From Camelus ferus (Eukaryota): a stretch of DNA of 64,000 nucleotides. The DNA lies in NCBI RefSeq assembly GCF_009834535.1, contig NC_045696.1, forward strand, positions 48,300,001-48,364,000, read 5' to 3'. Shown in pieces: positions 25,778 through 39,519 of the stretch. Every line of letters begins with the position of its first letter. The stretch's first letter is position 1. The notes under the pieces were generated by a model, which made no database searches, had not been told where the DNA came from, and saw nothing but the letters and a program-made list of their open reading frames with translations. The translations under genes were made by a program, and so were the position numbers.

Positions 25778-26490
25778 CTATGTCACTTCACACACATTAG
25801 GATGGCCACTACATCTATATATTTAAAAAATAACAGAAAATAACAAGTGTTGGAGAGAATGTGGAGAAATTGGAACCCTTGTGTACTGTTGGTGGAAATG
25901 TAAAATGGTGCAGTCAGTATGGAAAACAATATAGCAGTTTCTCAAAAAATTAAAAATAGAATTACCATAGATCCAGTTTTTCCACTTTAAAAGCATTGAA
26001 AGCAAGCTCACATAGATATATTTCTGTACACACGTTCATAGCAGCATTAATCACAATAGTTAAAAGATGGACGCAACCCATGTGTCTATCAGCAGATAAA
26101 TGGATAAACAAGATGTGGTGTATACATACAATGGCATATTATTCAACTTTAAAAAGGAAGAAAATCCTGACATATGCTACAACATAGATGAACCTTGAGA
26201 ACATTAGCCAGTGACAAAAAGACAAATAATTAATGCTTCCATTTATATGAAGTATATAAAGTAAAATTCATAGAGACAAAGTAGAATGGTAATTGCCAGG
26301 GGCTGAGGGTAGGGGAGAATGGGGAGTTGTTATTTAATGGGTACAGAGTTTCAGTTTTCAAAATGAAAAGAGTTCTTCTGGATATTGGTTGTACAACAGT
26401 GTGAATGTACTTAACACTACTGATCCGCATACTTAAAACTTGGTAAGGTGGTAAATTTTATATTATGTATATTTTACCACAATTAAAACT
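25778..26490 (+). mobile_element. L1 (L1MB-like) ORF2 end and 3' UTR
   Basis: 'aataacaagtgttggagagaatgtggagaaattggaaccctt..gcagcatt..acaatag..tggataaacaagatgtgg..atgaaccttga..attttaccacaattaaaa'. Confidence 0.92.
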
Positions 26491-26578
26491 AAATAAAAGT
26501 GCACGGCGGGCGGGGAAAGTCATCCCGATGATTGTAGTGTTGATATCAGAGTTTAGAATTACTGTGCTTGTCTATACG

Positions 26579-26635
26579 AATGGTTCTCAAAGTGTGGTCC
26601 CTAGATCAGCAGCATTATACAGCACCTGGGAACTT
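26579..26635. mobile_element. MER5-type hAT-Charlie DNA transposon fragment
   Basis: 'tggttctcaaagtgtggtccctagatcagcagcat...cacctgggaactt'. Confidence 0.75.
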
Positions 26636-26987
26636 CAAAACATTTTTTATTCAGTGTTTTTTTCCCACCCTACTTAACAGGACAAAGCAGATTTATATTG
26701 GGTAATCTCTGTTTCTCACTAAAAATAAAATTGATAATGTAGTGATTTTTTTGTAAAATGAATAAGATTAGTATATTATAGGAGTTCAGAAAGTGTTCAG
26801 TACTATTTTATGTTTACCTTATAAGGTATTTATGAAAAAGGTAAAAAAAATTCACTTTAAAAACCTTGTTCAAGCTAGTGGTAATATAAATAAAATTAGA
26901 GGGACTGATAACTGTAAACAAATAAAAGGAAGTTATATAGATTGATTTTTGTGGACAAATGGACATTCCAACATATACTATTCAAAA

Positions 26988-27206
26988 CATTTTTTCTTCT
27001 AGTTTTATTGAGATGTAATTGATATATAACATGTAGTTTAAGTTGTACAACATAATGATTTAATATGAATATATATTGCAAAATGATTTTCACAGTAAAT
27101 CTAGTTAACATTCATCATCTCACACAATTAAAATTTTCTTTCCTGTGATGAGAATGTTTAAGATCTGTTCCCTTAGCAGCTTTCAAACATACAGTACAGT
27201 ATTGTT
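26988..27206 (-). mobile_element. L1MA-like 3'-end fragment
   Basis: 'agttttattgagatgtaattgatatataaca..aacattcatcatctcac..gatgagaatgtttaagatct..cttagcagctttcaa', the same type as the element at 7481. Confidence 0.85.
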
Positions 27207-27227
27207 ACACATGTGCAAGTCTTTGGG

Positions 27228-27248
27228 GACACTGGCCATGGTGCTGAA
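27228..27248 (-). promoter_or_regulatory. Candidate REST/NRSF RE1-like motif
   Basis: Minus strand ttcagcaccatggccagtgtc matches consensus TTCAGCACCACGGACAGCGCC at 17 of 21 positions. Confidence 0.35.
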
Positions 27249-27257
27249 CTTGAATTC

Positions 27258-27277
27258 TAGATGCCCTCTGGTGTTCC
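27258..27277 (-). promoter_or_regulatory. Candidate CTCF motif
   Basis: Minus strand ggaacaccagagggcatcta resembles the CTCF core CCASYAGRKGGCRS. Confidence 0.4.
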
Positions 27278-27339
27278 AAGCCTTACCTCTTTAGTTTCTG
27301 GATAATAAGAGTTGAGAGGAGGGATCCTGGGGTGGCATG

Positions 27340-27480
27340 GGGTGGCAAAGACCACACCGAAAAAGTCACAGTGAGACATTTTAAGGGTTCAGAGCACCAG
27401 CTAAGTATCAAGTAGAATGGAAATATCTCAGTATTTTAACAACTGGCCTGGATGTACTGCTGTGTGCAGATAACCCTGGC
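27340..27480. mobile_element. Possible old hAT DNA transposon fragment (MER63-like)
   Basis: 'cagtattttaacaactgg' and neighbouring sequence recalled from this family; weak. Confidence 0.3.
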
Positions 27481-28199
27481 TATATTTTATTGGCTTGTTT
27501 TGAAAAGTTCTTGATCACTTATTTCTAAGTGACTAATTAGTTTTAACAAATTACTCTGAAAATACAGAAATGCCATAAAACATAATATCTGGACTTGATT
27601 TAGATCAAGGCTCTGGAAAGTTGGAGGTATTATTACAATAGTAGGGACTGAATTGTAGAATCTCAGACTGAAAATCAGAAAGAGTTAAGAGTGATCCAAG
27701 ATAAGCATGTAATCTTGAAAATTAGTAATATCTCAGTGGTTTGCACACTGTACTATTTAATACTATTTAAACTGTGTTCAGCGTGCCAGGAAATAGGGGT
27801 GGAAAAGGCTTTAATTCCTTTGTGGAAGAGACTAATTTTAAAAACTGCCTAAATAAAACTTAAGGAAATAATAATTCACAATAATTGCTTCCAATTATGA
27901 AGGTTTTGAGCATACTGGTGAATATTGTTTAAATAACTATTTCTGTGTAGGATATGTATCATCTTTCCCATCATGGTTGATAATTACTATTAACTGTATA
28001 TCGACACACAGAACTTATTTTCCCTGTGCATTTTGTAAGGACGACTCTATGCTGTTTCTAGTTAAAAAAAAAAAAAGTATCCATTTTTTTTTTATCAGGC
28101 TGGAGAAATACTAGCTTCTTCATTTTGTGAGTCCAATAAACCCTCTAGGGAGTTAGTAAAATATAACCAAAAATAGTCCTGAGAGGTTTTTTTCCTTTA

Positions 28200-28955
28200 T
28201 GCTTGAATCATTTGAGAGTAAGTTACTAACAAGATATACCAACATTTCAGAATACTCTAGAGTATATTTTCTTGAAACAGGATATTCTCTTATGTAACCA
28301 AAAACAATAATCAGAATTAGGAAATTAACAGTATGGTATTATCTAGTAAACAGATCCCACTTAAGTTTTGCCAGTTGTCCCAAAAATGTCCTTTATAGGA
28401 AGGGTATACAATCCATGATCACCTGTTTCATTTATTTGTCATGTTTCTTTAAATTCCATCAATAATTTTATAAAATATTTCTTAATTTGCTTTTATTTTA
28501 TGTTTCCTCATAAATAGGATTCAGGTGTGTACTTTTTCCAGGAATATCCCAGAGGTGAAGCTTTGTTTTTATTGTATCTTATTAGGTATTACATGATTTG
28601 TTAACCTTCATCACTTAAGGTAGTGTTTGTCATATTACTTTCACTATAAAATCACTCTTTCTTTCCTATGTATTCAGTATGTATTTTATTTGGAGGTATT
28701 TGAGCCATGTAAATATCACATTGCTCAGCAAATATTACCTACTAATTTTAACATCTATTGGTGTCTCTTGGCTGAACTAATTATTATATCAAATAAGGTT
28801 TCCAAATGGTGATGTTCTAAATTCCTTCTATATTTAGACATTGACATTCTACTGTGAGTTTCTCTACTCTCAGTTGATTAATTGTCAGCGTGGGCTCTTG
28901 GATCATATTATTTAATGAGCTAAAATTACTAACTACTGTTATTTATTTAGCTATA
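28200..28955 (-). mobile_element. L1MC-like 3' UTR fragment
   Basis: 'gaatcatttgagagtaagtt..aacaggatattctctta..aggaaattaaca..ttttgccagttgtcccaa..aatgtcctttatag'. Confidence 0.75.
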
Positions 28956-28967
28956 TATTTTGCTTTA

Positions 28968-30020
28968 AAATCAACTTTTTTTTGGATATGATTTACCTAC
29001 AATGAAATGAAACTATTTTAAGTATATTGTTCTGAGTTTTGACAAATGTATACATTTGTATAACCGGCAAACCAATCAAGATGTGGAACATGTTTTTCAC
29101 CTAAAAGTATTCCCTCATGTTCCTTTGCAGTTACCTCTCCAGGCACATCACATCGTCCCAGGCAATTTATTTGTTTTTTGTCACTAAGGTACAATTTTGC
29201 CTATTGTAGAGTTTTATGTAAATGGAATCCTGCAATATGTGCCCTTTTGTGTCTGCATAATTTTGCTCATTATGATGTTTTTGGTATTTATGTATGCAAC
29301 TGAGTGTATCAGGAGTTTGTTCTTACTGATGTGAATTTTTCTATTTACATACCGCGATTGGCTTATCCATTCACTGATGGACAGTTTGGTTGTCTTCAGT
29401 TTGGGAATAAAAATGCTATGAACATTAGTATGTAGTCTTTTTGTGGACTGGATATGATTTTATTTTTCTTAGGAAAATACTTATGTATAGAATTGCTGAA
29501 TCTTATGATTGGTATATATTTAATTCTATAATAAAACTGCCCAACTTTTTCAAAGTGGTCATACCATTTAATATTTCTGCCAGGAACATGTGAGAGTTCA
29601 GATGTTCCACACCCTCATCAATACTTCTTGGTGTTGTCAGGCTTCTTAATTTTTGCCACTTTATTTGATGTGCAGTAGTATCTCATTATATTTTTAATTT
29701 GAATTTTTCTGATGCTTAACATATTTTTAATGTACTTATTGGCTGTACATATATCTTTCTGTTTTGTCCATTCAAATATTTTGTTCATTTTTTTATTGTG
29801 TTGTTCATTTTTTATTTATTTGTTAGAGTTCTTATATTTGGAGTGCAATTCCTTTATCAGGTAATATAATTATTTTCTTCCATTTTGTGACCCATCTTTT
29901 AATTTTCTTTTAGATATTTAGAGAAGAGCAAAAGTTTTTGACTTTGATGAAGTCTAATTCTTTTTTTTCTTTTATATTTGTTGCATTTTTGTGTCCTTAC
30001 TGAAAAATGTTTTCATATTC
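28968..30020 (-). mobile_element. Old L1 (L1MB/ME-like) 3' end and ORF2 end
   Basis: 'gagttttgacaaatgtataca', 'taaatggaatc', 'tgctatgaacatt', 'caaagtggtcataccattta', 'gaagagcaaaagtttttgactttgatgaagtctaa'. Confidence 0.85.
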
Positions 30021-31787
30021 AACAACAGCCTCCCATGCAGAGTACTGGGGATTTTTTTCTCCAGTGTCTCTCTATAGTGCGCTACACTGTACATTTTAGC
30101 CACTCTGCCTTCCTAAACTCTAATCTCTATATCCTCAAGAATTTTTTGTCCTTTTTAAAATTCCTGAATTACTTGAGAATAGGTTACTGACAAGGTGCCC
30201 CCATCACTTCTAAATACTCTCATGTATTCACTGTGAGACTTTTATCTTCTGCTTAGATTCCAGTCCAAAAAATGTCTTCAATCCAGAAAGTGTTTTCCAC
30301 ACAGTTTATGTGAGTTTTGGGCTCACCTAACTGATTTCCCTTCTTTAGGAATCACAGCCACTGCTCAAAGTTTCAAAACAGTGACTACAAATTTTGTCCA
30401 GTTTGTAGATTTTATGGTGAGGGGTCAAGTTCCAGTGCCAGTTACTCCTTCAGGGTTCATGTGGGAGCTCTCTAATAGACTTACAAATTTAATTTTGAAA
30501 TAGACACTTAAAAATAAAGTATAGGTTGTAACATCATTCCTCCTTTATGATTTCATTTTATAAAATTATATCCCCAAACTCCTAAATCTCTGAAGTATAC
30601 TCTCAAAAATCCTGCCAAGCACTGTCCAGTTCTAGTTGAAGCTCTAGGTCTGTTTTCTCTCAAGTCAAAATGGAGTCTTTCATAATATGGTATTCAGAAC
30701 AAGAGAATTGAAATGAACACTTCAATATACCTTCAGACATTATGATATTAAATATGTATGTACACGCACATATCCATCCACACATATAGAATGTGTAGAA
30801 GGGTCCCAAATGACAAATATAATTATATACTCATCCTTAGAAAAACCTAGTAAATACCTTTGTCCATAATCCTGAGCAAACTTTGTGCTAAAAATAAAAA
30901 TTTGAAGATATATCGAAGTGTAATAAAATGCAAGGGATAAGCTTATCTTCAAAAGATAAACATTTTGTTTCTATGAAAACTTTTTGACTTGTAATTATCC
31001 TGTTTATCTCCAGACTCTTACTTGTCATAACTCCTCTTTTAATAAAAGCAGATTTAAAAAAAAAAGACTACAAGTCACACTCCCTTCGACTAAAAACTAT
31101 TCATTCTGGATTTTTCACCTTCGCATTGTCTAGTAGAAGTATCAGTTGATACTGTACTCCTGCTATGATGATAAAGGTTTTACATACCACATAGTCATTA
31201 CTGCAGAAATAATGTAGATTGGTTAGAGTCTTGAATGAGAAATTCAACTATCACAGATAAATTGATACTACTTTCTTCCAGATTCTCTCACTAGATTCTC
31301 CCATAAGATTCTTGGTCTATTCCTGTCTAGTTAACTATATCATACATAGACACACAAGAAAGTGTTTGAAGGAAGCTTAAAGTTATTTAACTTTCACTTT
31401 GTATAGCAGAAGAAATAAATTTAGATGAACTCAAGTTCACTGCCCTCTTTGTCTGCATCCCTTTGCCTTTTCCTTGGCCAGCTTAATGGGATTTATACAG
31501 TGAAGTGGAGGGATGAGATACTTGACTACAAACAAGGCTTGATGCCTGGTATGTAGAATATCATCTGCACATTTTTTTTCACTGAACTATTGACTATTGC
31601 TTGGTGATGGAAAACTTCCTAGTTATTTTATATAATAAAAATTTAAAAATCTAAAGAAGTATCTCTGTCTAGCAATCTCAGTAGAATCTTTTGAAGGTTG
31701 TTAAGAAATGTAAATATGAAATCTAGTACATGGTTTCATGATAACAGAATGGAGTTACTCTCCAGTTTTTCTGCTGTATGATTAAGC

Positions 31788-31940
31788 TATTGCTTCTCAA
31801 GTTTTAATGTGCATGAGAATCACATGGAAGGTGAGCTTTCCCACCAATTTTCTGATTCAGTTGATGTGGGATGCGGTTTGAGAATTTGCATTTCTAAGAA
31901 GTTGTCAGGTAGTGGTGATGATGCTTGGAGAAACACTGAC
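31788..31940. mobile_element. MER5-type DNA transposon
   Basis: 'gcttctcaagttttaatgtgcatgagaatcacatgga..ttctgattcagt..gagaatttgcatttctaa..gagaaacactg' with degenerate TIRs. Confidence 0.8.
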
Positions 31941-32655
31941 TCAGGAAACCTCATTATCAGAATAGAGCTGCTTTCTTTAGGTAGAATATTTCACAAGCAG
32001 TAAATTTATTTGCTAACTTGGCTAACTGCCTACCCTTGAAAATGAACTATAAATTGTATTGTTCTTCTATTATGTTTAAGTGTTTTAATTCCTGTATTTG
32101 TAACAATGATATTTGTTGCAATGATGCAGTTTACATTTATTTTAATTCCTTCCACAACTGAAGAACTTCCTTAGTCTAGGAAAGCCCAGGCTTTTGTATT
32201 TGGATACAACTTTCATGTTTGTTTGTTTTCCTTGTCAGACAAGATCTGATTTATGAATTTGCTCTGAATGCATGCCTGTGCTGTAGTATGTGAATTGCTT
32301 TAGACCAAAAGTTAGTAATGTAGTTCATCTCTACATTGCACTGATAACTTGTTCCCCTTTTCTCTACTACACAGTGTAAGATTTCCACACTGTATGCCTT
32401 TCTTTCACACAAAGACCATGATATACTTTTCTCCACTGCTAAATGGAAGTAAATTCAAATGCAAATTAATGAAAGCCTTTTCATCCAATACACAACTTTT
32501 TATTTTAAAATATCACTTCCTTTAATACATTAAGTTAGAATTATATTCTAATTTAGACTTCTTCAATTTCCTTTATTTCTTTCTTCATTGTTTCCTCCTT
32601 CCTAACACACATCTACCTATGTGTGAGTGAACATACACACAATATGCATACATGC

Positions 32656-32672
32656 ACACACACACACACACA
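32656..32672. repeat. (CA)n microsatellite
   Basis: Directly visible. Confidence 0.85.
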
Positions 32673-33199
32673 CCATTTTTCAATCATCTTATCAGTATTT
32701 ATGTAATATATATTTATGTAACACTTATGGTTTTAAATATAATATACTGTAAAATGCCCTAGAGCTTAGATATAAAGAGATGAAGCATGGAATTCCTTGT
32801 CTATCATACATAGGAAATCCACATGGCTTAGTTTTATGGAAAATCTGCTGTGTCTTTGGGTTCAATTCTTAAGCATGAAGAATATCAGTCACATAATGAC
32901 AGTCCCTTTCACACCTCATGAATACACAATAACCTGCCTTCAGCCCTGTTTTCCAAAGGCAAGTCTTATTGATAGCGATTGTATGTCTTCTTTTTACCTT
33001 TTCAGAAATGACTATTTTAATGTCCATTATCAATAAAGTGATTTTTAGAAATATTGGTAAAGCAATTCAACATCAACTACTACATACCATCAATTACAAA
33101 ATGAAATTTTTTTGTTTAAGTTCGTAAGAACAACTTATGTTCAAGAATTTAGGAGATTTAAGCTAATTATAGAATAATAAATGAAATGAACAAATATGG

Positions 33200-33340
33200 A
33201 ATGTATAATCCAATTTACACATGAGGAAATTGAATCTGAGAAGCTCTAAGTGATGTTTTCCACACATTCAATTTGGCAGAAAGCCTGGATTAGAACCAAG
33301 GTATTGTGATTTCTAGAACTGTGTTTTTTCCACTACCCAT
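33200..33340 (-). mobile_element. MIR fragment
   Basis: 'ccaatttacacatgaggaaattga..aagtga..gcctggattagaaccaagg'. Confidence 0.75.
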
Positions 33341-34099
33341 TCCAGAAGCAGAAATTCAAAAAGAAAGGTGACCAGTAAAAATTATGTGACTTTTACATTG
33401 GAGACAACATAAAAGGTGTTCTTTTTTCTTTATCTGTAACCTCCACTTCTTAACCTTCTCATCTTTATACTTAGACTGCGAATAGTTGAAAGCATAAAAG
33501 GAGCTGTTAGCATTGTTGACTTTCAGGAGGACGATAATAGTATATAGCAATGGTTTATCAAATTATCATCATATGTCTAACATGAATAATCACCAAATCA
33601 TAGTTATAAATAAAGATACCCATAGAATGTAGTTCTCATCAATGGAAGAAATCATGTATCACCTCATCAACTTTGCCAAATATTTTTAATGGATTCATCA
33701 TATCATAGTAGGTACTGAACTCTCAAAAATAAAATGTTCTTTAGAATAATGTGGTATAGAATTCCTGTTTTGTTTAAAAATCCAGCTCATGAAATAACAC
33801 CATGATACACTTTCCTAAGTGTACAAGATCAAACCAAAACCAGACAATCAAGTCAGACTAGATAAATGACATGATTTGAAGAAGCATCACAAACATTTAA
33901 TCAAAGTGAAATCATGCCTGGAGTGTGACAAATATTCCCTTAGCAACACCAACTCTACTCATGGGGGAAAATAAATTTTTAAAGGGCTTTGCATCTGAGG
34001 TTGTGATTCTAGCTTCCATAATACGGTTTTTTTCCACCTTGTTTAATCAGTACTGAGGTTCTTTTAAATTGTTCTCTCCATAAACATCTGGGATCTTAG

Positions 34100-34260
34100 A
34101 ATATTAACACTGCAAGAAATCTTAGAGTACTTATAGATCAATTTTTACTTTTTAGATGAGAGAATCCAAGGCCCAGAAGAAAGCATGTCTTTGAAAAGGT
34201 TACACAGTGATTTGTAGAAGAACTAGGATTGGAACTCCTGCAGATGACTTCTAGATCACT
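34100..34260 (-). mobile_element. MIR fragment
   Basis: 'tttagatgagagaatccaaggcccaga..aaggttacacag..gaactaggattggaactc'. Confidence 0.7.
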
Positions 34261-35029
34261 GTGTACCAATTTCTTGGTCACGACAAATGAAATTGCTGGT
34301 GTCCTGGGCTCCATGGTTACCCATCATTTGTTTACTCCTCTGTGTCACTCTGACACTCTCTATTCACAGTAAGTTAAATACCTTGAGCCCTGAGCCCATA
34401 GAGATTTACATTGTTCTGTAACTTTCAATTCAATTGATGCATTACCTTATTTATTATAGCAGTAGCTCAAAAGGAAACTTCTTTTAATAATAAAAAAAAT
34501 CATGAAAGTGATTGTTCAGTTTGGAGTGTTAAAGAAAGTGAATAAATTGGTACCTATAAAAAGCTACTTCCTATTGGGTTAACACAAAGAGTGAACTTTG
34601 CAGAAGTCTATAATTAAAATCTAAATTCTCATTTAGTTTTCATATTAGGGGCTAGGATTTCTACTTTTGAAAGATGACTTTTTAAAACAATGACTTAACT
34701 TTTTATCTTATTCAGTTCAGCTTCTTTTTTCCCTTCTTCCATAAAGCCACTGACATCACATTTTCAAGTCACTAACCCAAACCTTGGGTCTTTGCCATAT
34801 TGTGAAGCAAAGGATGGGAAAGGAATTAACAATGATCTAAATGTTAACATCTAAATCCAAAGAAAAATGGACACAGCTGATAGCTGAGGAAATGTATTTC
34901 TTTAATTGAGGAAACACCAATGGGTGGGATCATGCATTTTAGAAAGGTAAAGACAAGCTTATGTGTTATCCTTTATTATCAACATCACAATAGGAGGGAG
35001 GTTAGAAAGTAAAGGAGGAAGTCAGTGAG

Positions 35030-35230
35030 AAAATCTGGATTTAAATTATTAATCTATCTCTTCCCAACAGAGTGACTTTAGGTAAATCACATAAACCTCC
35101 CTGAACCTCAGTTTACTCATCTATAATATGGAGACAGTTATATCCATCTTTCCTGCATGCTCAAGCATACATTCATACAGAGTTATTGCAATTTTTAAAG
35201 ATGACAATACATTTGAAAATGCCTAGAATA
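35030..35230 (+). mobile_element. MIR fragment
   Basis: 'gtgactttaggtaaatcacataaacctccctgaacctcagtttactcatctataatatggag'. Confidence 0.8.
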
Positions 35231-36384
35231 TAATGTGACTTGTAGTTGTTGAAATGTACTTGTAACTCAGTAGATAGGATTTATGAATGATGTAAATATC
35301 TGGATATCACAGACTAAGTATTCTGAATATCTCTATCCTGTAATCTGAGTATTGGTGTTTTAACTCACTGAGAAAAGAGCTTTGAGGTTTTGGCCAAGAA
35401 GTAGAACACGTTTTAGTGAGATAAATGAAGACAGTTCTTTCAGCAGTTGATATATGTGATATTTATGAAATACATGTATCCTAAGGAAGAAAGGTATAGA
35501 GTATCTGTTATTTGAATCATTTTCTCATTGGTTCTTAACAATTTTTAAAATATATTCCCAAGAAGGAAAATGGCTCTGGGATCTGATAAAAATCAGGCAA
35601 AGGGAAAAAATTATTGTGAAAGAGGCATGAAATTTTGTCTGCTTTGCGGTGAGCTGTGCCGGTCCCAGGACAGACAGTGTGCTTCTGTGGTTGACTCTCC
35701 CAGCACCCCTGGCAAAGCTTAATCAACCGAAGCCATGTGCAGGTAAGAGTGTCATCTTGGGACTGAAAGCTCTTTTTTTGGATCTATCTTCAGGCTTGTG
35801 ATCTCATGGCAAATGAAGGGATGAGATGAGACTAGCTCATGCTGTTCATTCTGACACTGATGGTTAAACAGTGTTGGGAGAACAGCAGATGGTGAGTGAA
35901 TGTCGTATGTTTCCAGAAGATTCTGATCTGTCAGCAAAGCTACCCAGTGATAATGTGAACATGTTATTTCAAAAAACAAAAAAGAAACCAAAAAACCACT
36001 TACTGGTTTTCTTCTCAGTTTTCTCTTGTACTTATAGTGAATTCCCACAAGTGTGTTTTGAAAAATGGAGTCCAGTTCTATAGTAAACATCATATTTTAT
36101 GACTCAAGCATTAAAAGGAGCTCAAAATATTCGCACCAACTCCAGATTTAGGATCATACTTAGATAAATGCATTATTTGAACAAAACTGTCTTTTCCATT
36201 GATTCCCCTCCAAGGTATGAGAGGATCTTATAAGTGATATGGCTCGAAGTCAGAAAAGACTTTTGGCTAATGTCTTGTTATCCTAATTCCCTGGCATCGA
36301 GTATCTCCATATTCTTATATCATTTGCAAATGATAATGATGGTCATCTAGTGATATCATTAATATACTATAATCAATGATAATA

Positions 36385-36600
36385 ATGGACTTGGAGCCAG
36401 ACTGTCTGTTTTACAATCCTAACTTTGGCACTTACTCACTGCCTGACCTTAGAAATGTTACCTTCTCTGTGCCTCACTTTCCTCATCTGTAAAATTGGAA
36501 TAAAGTGCCTACCTTTTAAGGTTGTTTTGGGTATTAGATGAGCTGTTTCATGTAAAGGGCTTAGAATAATACCTGGCATAAAATAGGTTCGTATGTGTTA
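36385..36600 (+). mobile_element. MIR SINE
   Basis: 'ttggagccagactg..cacttact..tgacctt..ctctgtgcctcactttcctcatctgtaaaattgga..cttagaataatacctggcata'. Confidence 0.9.
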
Positions 36601-36639
36601 ACATAAAAAAAAAGAATAAGGAGGGAGGAATTTCCCTAC

Positions 36640-37830
36640 ATGCCACATTTCAATTAAGGCAGAACGATGCTGCTTTGGGGAGAGGATAAGATAACGATAG
36701 GAACAGAAGGGGGATCCAAGAAAAGACTCAGGCTTAGATTGGACTTTGATGGATGATTGAGGTTCTTGGACAGGTCACTGAAAAAGAGAAGAAATAGTCA
36801 ATAAAGAGATCCAGAGATGGATCATTACAAAGGGAAAAATAAGACTGGATTTCTACCTCACACAGTATACAGAAATCAGCTTTATATGAATTAAGAACTT
36901 TAAAAAGCACAAACTGAATTGTATACATTCAGAAGAAAGTATAGGTACATATCTTTCTGACCTTGAGCCAGAGAGTGTTTATGTAAGACTCAAAAGCACA
37001 AAAATTAGAAAAATGAACCAACAGATGATGTGCAAATTAAGAACATTTGTTTCTCACAATGTACTTTAAAGACAGTGAAGAAAGTATGGAAAGTTATTTG
37101 AAATTCTCATAGTCAGCAAAGACTATAATGAAGTAATACATAGGGAAATCCCATAAATTAAATGTAAAAATTGACAGTAAAAATGGTCAAAATGTTCAAA
37201 GACATGTCACAAAAGATATTAGAAGAGTCACCAAATTTTAGTAGTAATGGGGAAAATGTCAATGAAAGAACACAGTGTGATACTGTTGCTCACCACACAT
37301 TAATACAATTTAAGAAATTTGATGGAACCATGGTTTGGAGAGAATATGAATCTTTTATACTTTACTGTCAAGGGTGTAAAAATACTAAAAACTTTTTGGA
37401 AATCAATTTGACATTGTTTTGTAGAGTTGACCCCTTCCTGGATATATACGATTCTTGCATGTATGTGCTGAAGACATAACAAAAATGTTCATTGTTCCAC
37501 TGTTCATAATAGTAAAAACAACTGGAAACAAGAAAAATATCCATAAAAGGTAGAATGGATAACAAGAGTATGGAATTTTTATAAAATGGAATACTATGTA
37601 GCAATAAAAATGATATGTAATAAACATCATGGATGAATCTTAGCATCATAATCTGAGGTTGAATAGAGCAAGTCTTAGAAGAGTACATAGTACATGACAC
37701 CCTTTTTAAGAAGTTCAAAAACAACTAAAGTCAAGCAATGCATTGTGTCAGTATGCATATGTGTGTCATAAAACTGTGAAAAATAGGTATCAACAAACAA
37801 AATTGCATGTGATGGTTACAATTCCTTTTT
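36640..37830 (+). mobile_element. Old L1 (L1ME-like) ORF2 3' part and 3' UTR
   Basis: 'ctacctcacacagtatacagaaatca', 'aaaatgttcattgttccactgttcataatagtaaaaacaactggaaacaa', 'atggaatactatgtagcaataaaa', 'catggatgaatcttagc'. Confidence 0.8.
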
Positions 37831-38429
37831 TCATTTAACAAACGTAGCAATTGCATTAACCCCTCTTCAGACCTCTTATATTCTGTCCTTTTAATAATCA
37901 TTTCTACTGTTACTTTCATGCAGACATCATTAACAGGAGCATCTTCAATTTGTTGAATTTTGTAGACTGAAAATCACTTTTAATCTACATTTTTAGCAAT
38001 GAATAAAATGATGCTCGAACAGTTTGTGACATGCCTAAGGACATACAAATTAGAAGATCTAGGATTTGATATCAATTTTATAACTCCAACTGTTATATTC
38101 TTTACAATCTCTTTTAAAGGCCCAAATTATAATTCAAAAGCCCAAATATTCAAGCAAGTACTTTAATCTCAACACCTTGCTTCTTTCTTAAAATAAAACC
38201 ACTATTATACATTTATGTTTTAAACCACACATTTATCTTTAATTTTTCCTTCTACATTTTCAGATAGCAAGTTCTGTAAATTCTTACTAACATCTTTTTA
38301 ATTTTATCATCGGCCTCTTCTATGTATTCTGCTTTTCAAAGGACCTGAATATACCTGCGCTCTGTATTCTCACTTTTCTCCCTTTCCCTCTTGCTCTTTG
38401 TTCTTTTTTTTTCCCCCTTTTTTCTTCCA

Positions 38430-38750
38430 TGTCAAAAATCTCTTAAAATTGATCTTAAACACTTTTTCATTCAGGAAGTTTTTTTTTTACAGCTACCCCA
38501 AACTTCCTCTTTCTCTCTCTGTCTCTGCTTGTCTCTCTCTCTCTAGATACAGATAGTATATATAATTCTTTATTTGGATTTTTCTTAAGCCATTTACCTT
38601 TTTTGCTTTGAATTTTGTGTATCTATCTTATTCTTCCAACCATTACTGGATTGTAAGCTTTGTTCTGGTAGATACCATATTTCACTCATCTTTTTAATCC
38701 CTGCATAGCAAAGTCGTGGAGTAGGTAATCAATAAATGTGCAATGACTTA
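38430..38750 (+). mobile_element. L2 3'-end fragment
   Basis: 'actggattgtaagcttt..actcatctttttaatccc..gtaggtaatcaataaatg'. Confidence 0.7.
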
Positions 38751-39519
38751 AATATAAGTGTGAGGGCTACCTACAGGCTGAATGAAGTCATAAGATAGGG
38801 AACTACAGAAAAGTTAGATTTAACATAAGACCCAAGAAATTAGTATATCAACTATTTCCAGCTATAGCAATTATTATTTATTACAGTTTTAAAATCAATT
38901 TATTTCTCCTTAAGGCTTTTTATTTTCCCAAGCAAGTTTCAATGCTGTTCCATGTGTGTTTGATCTAAGGGCACAGGGTATTGGATAATTTGGATGGGTT
39001 CCTAGCAAAAATAGTTCTTAGAAATGTAAGGTCTTTCAACTTGTGGGACCAGGTAAAAAGCCTGAGGTTTAAATGTGACATGAATCCTGAGTTATCTTTT
39101 CAAAGGAGCTTTTCATGTACTTTAGAGTTCAGGCTCTTCCTTTCTCACTAATACAGGTAATGTATACAAATAATGGAAATACAGTCTTCTCCCAGTGAAA
39201 AGGAATAGGAGCCCTTTTACTCATCTGTGAGCCCTGTAATATTAACAAGCTGATACTGAGGACATGCCGCTTCACTTTATATCCTTGCATTCTGGGCAAA
39301 GAGAAAATTTCACCTTCATACTTAAACATTTGATGAAGAAACACAGTGTGATCTCATGCTTTCACATGAAAATCATATACATACACCAAAACTGAGTAAT
39401 CCTCTGTTTATTGTCACTGTGAGAGTTAAGTTTAAGTGTCGTGATAGTACCCATCATAAGTCCACTTGCTTTCTTGGTGAAGAAGAATTATCTATGCCTT
39501 ATGCTTGTTATGAGGACAG

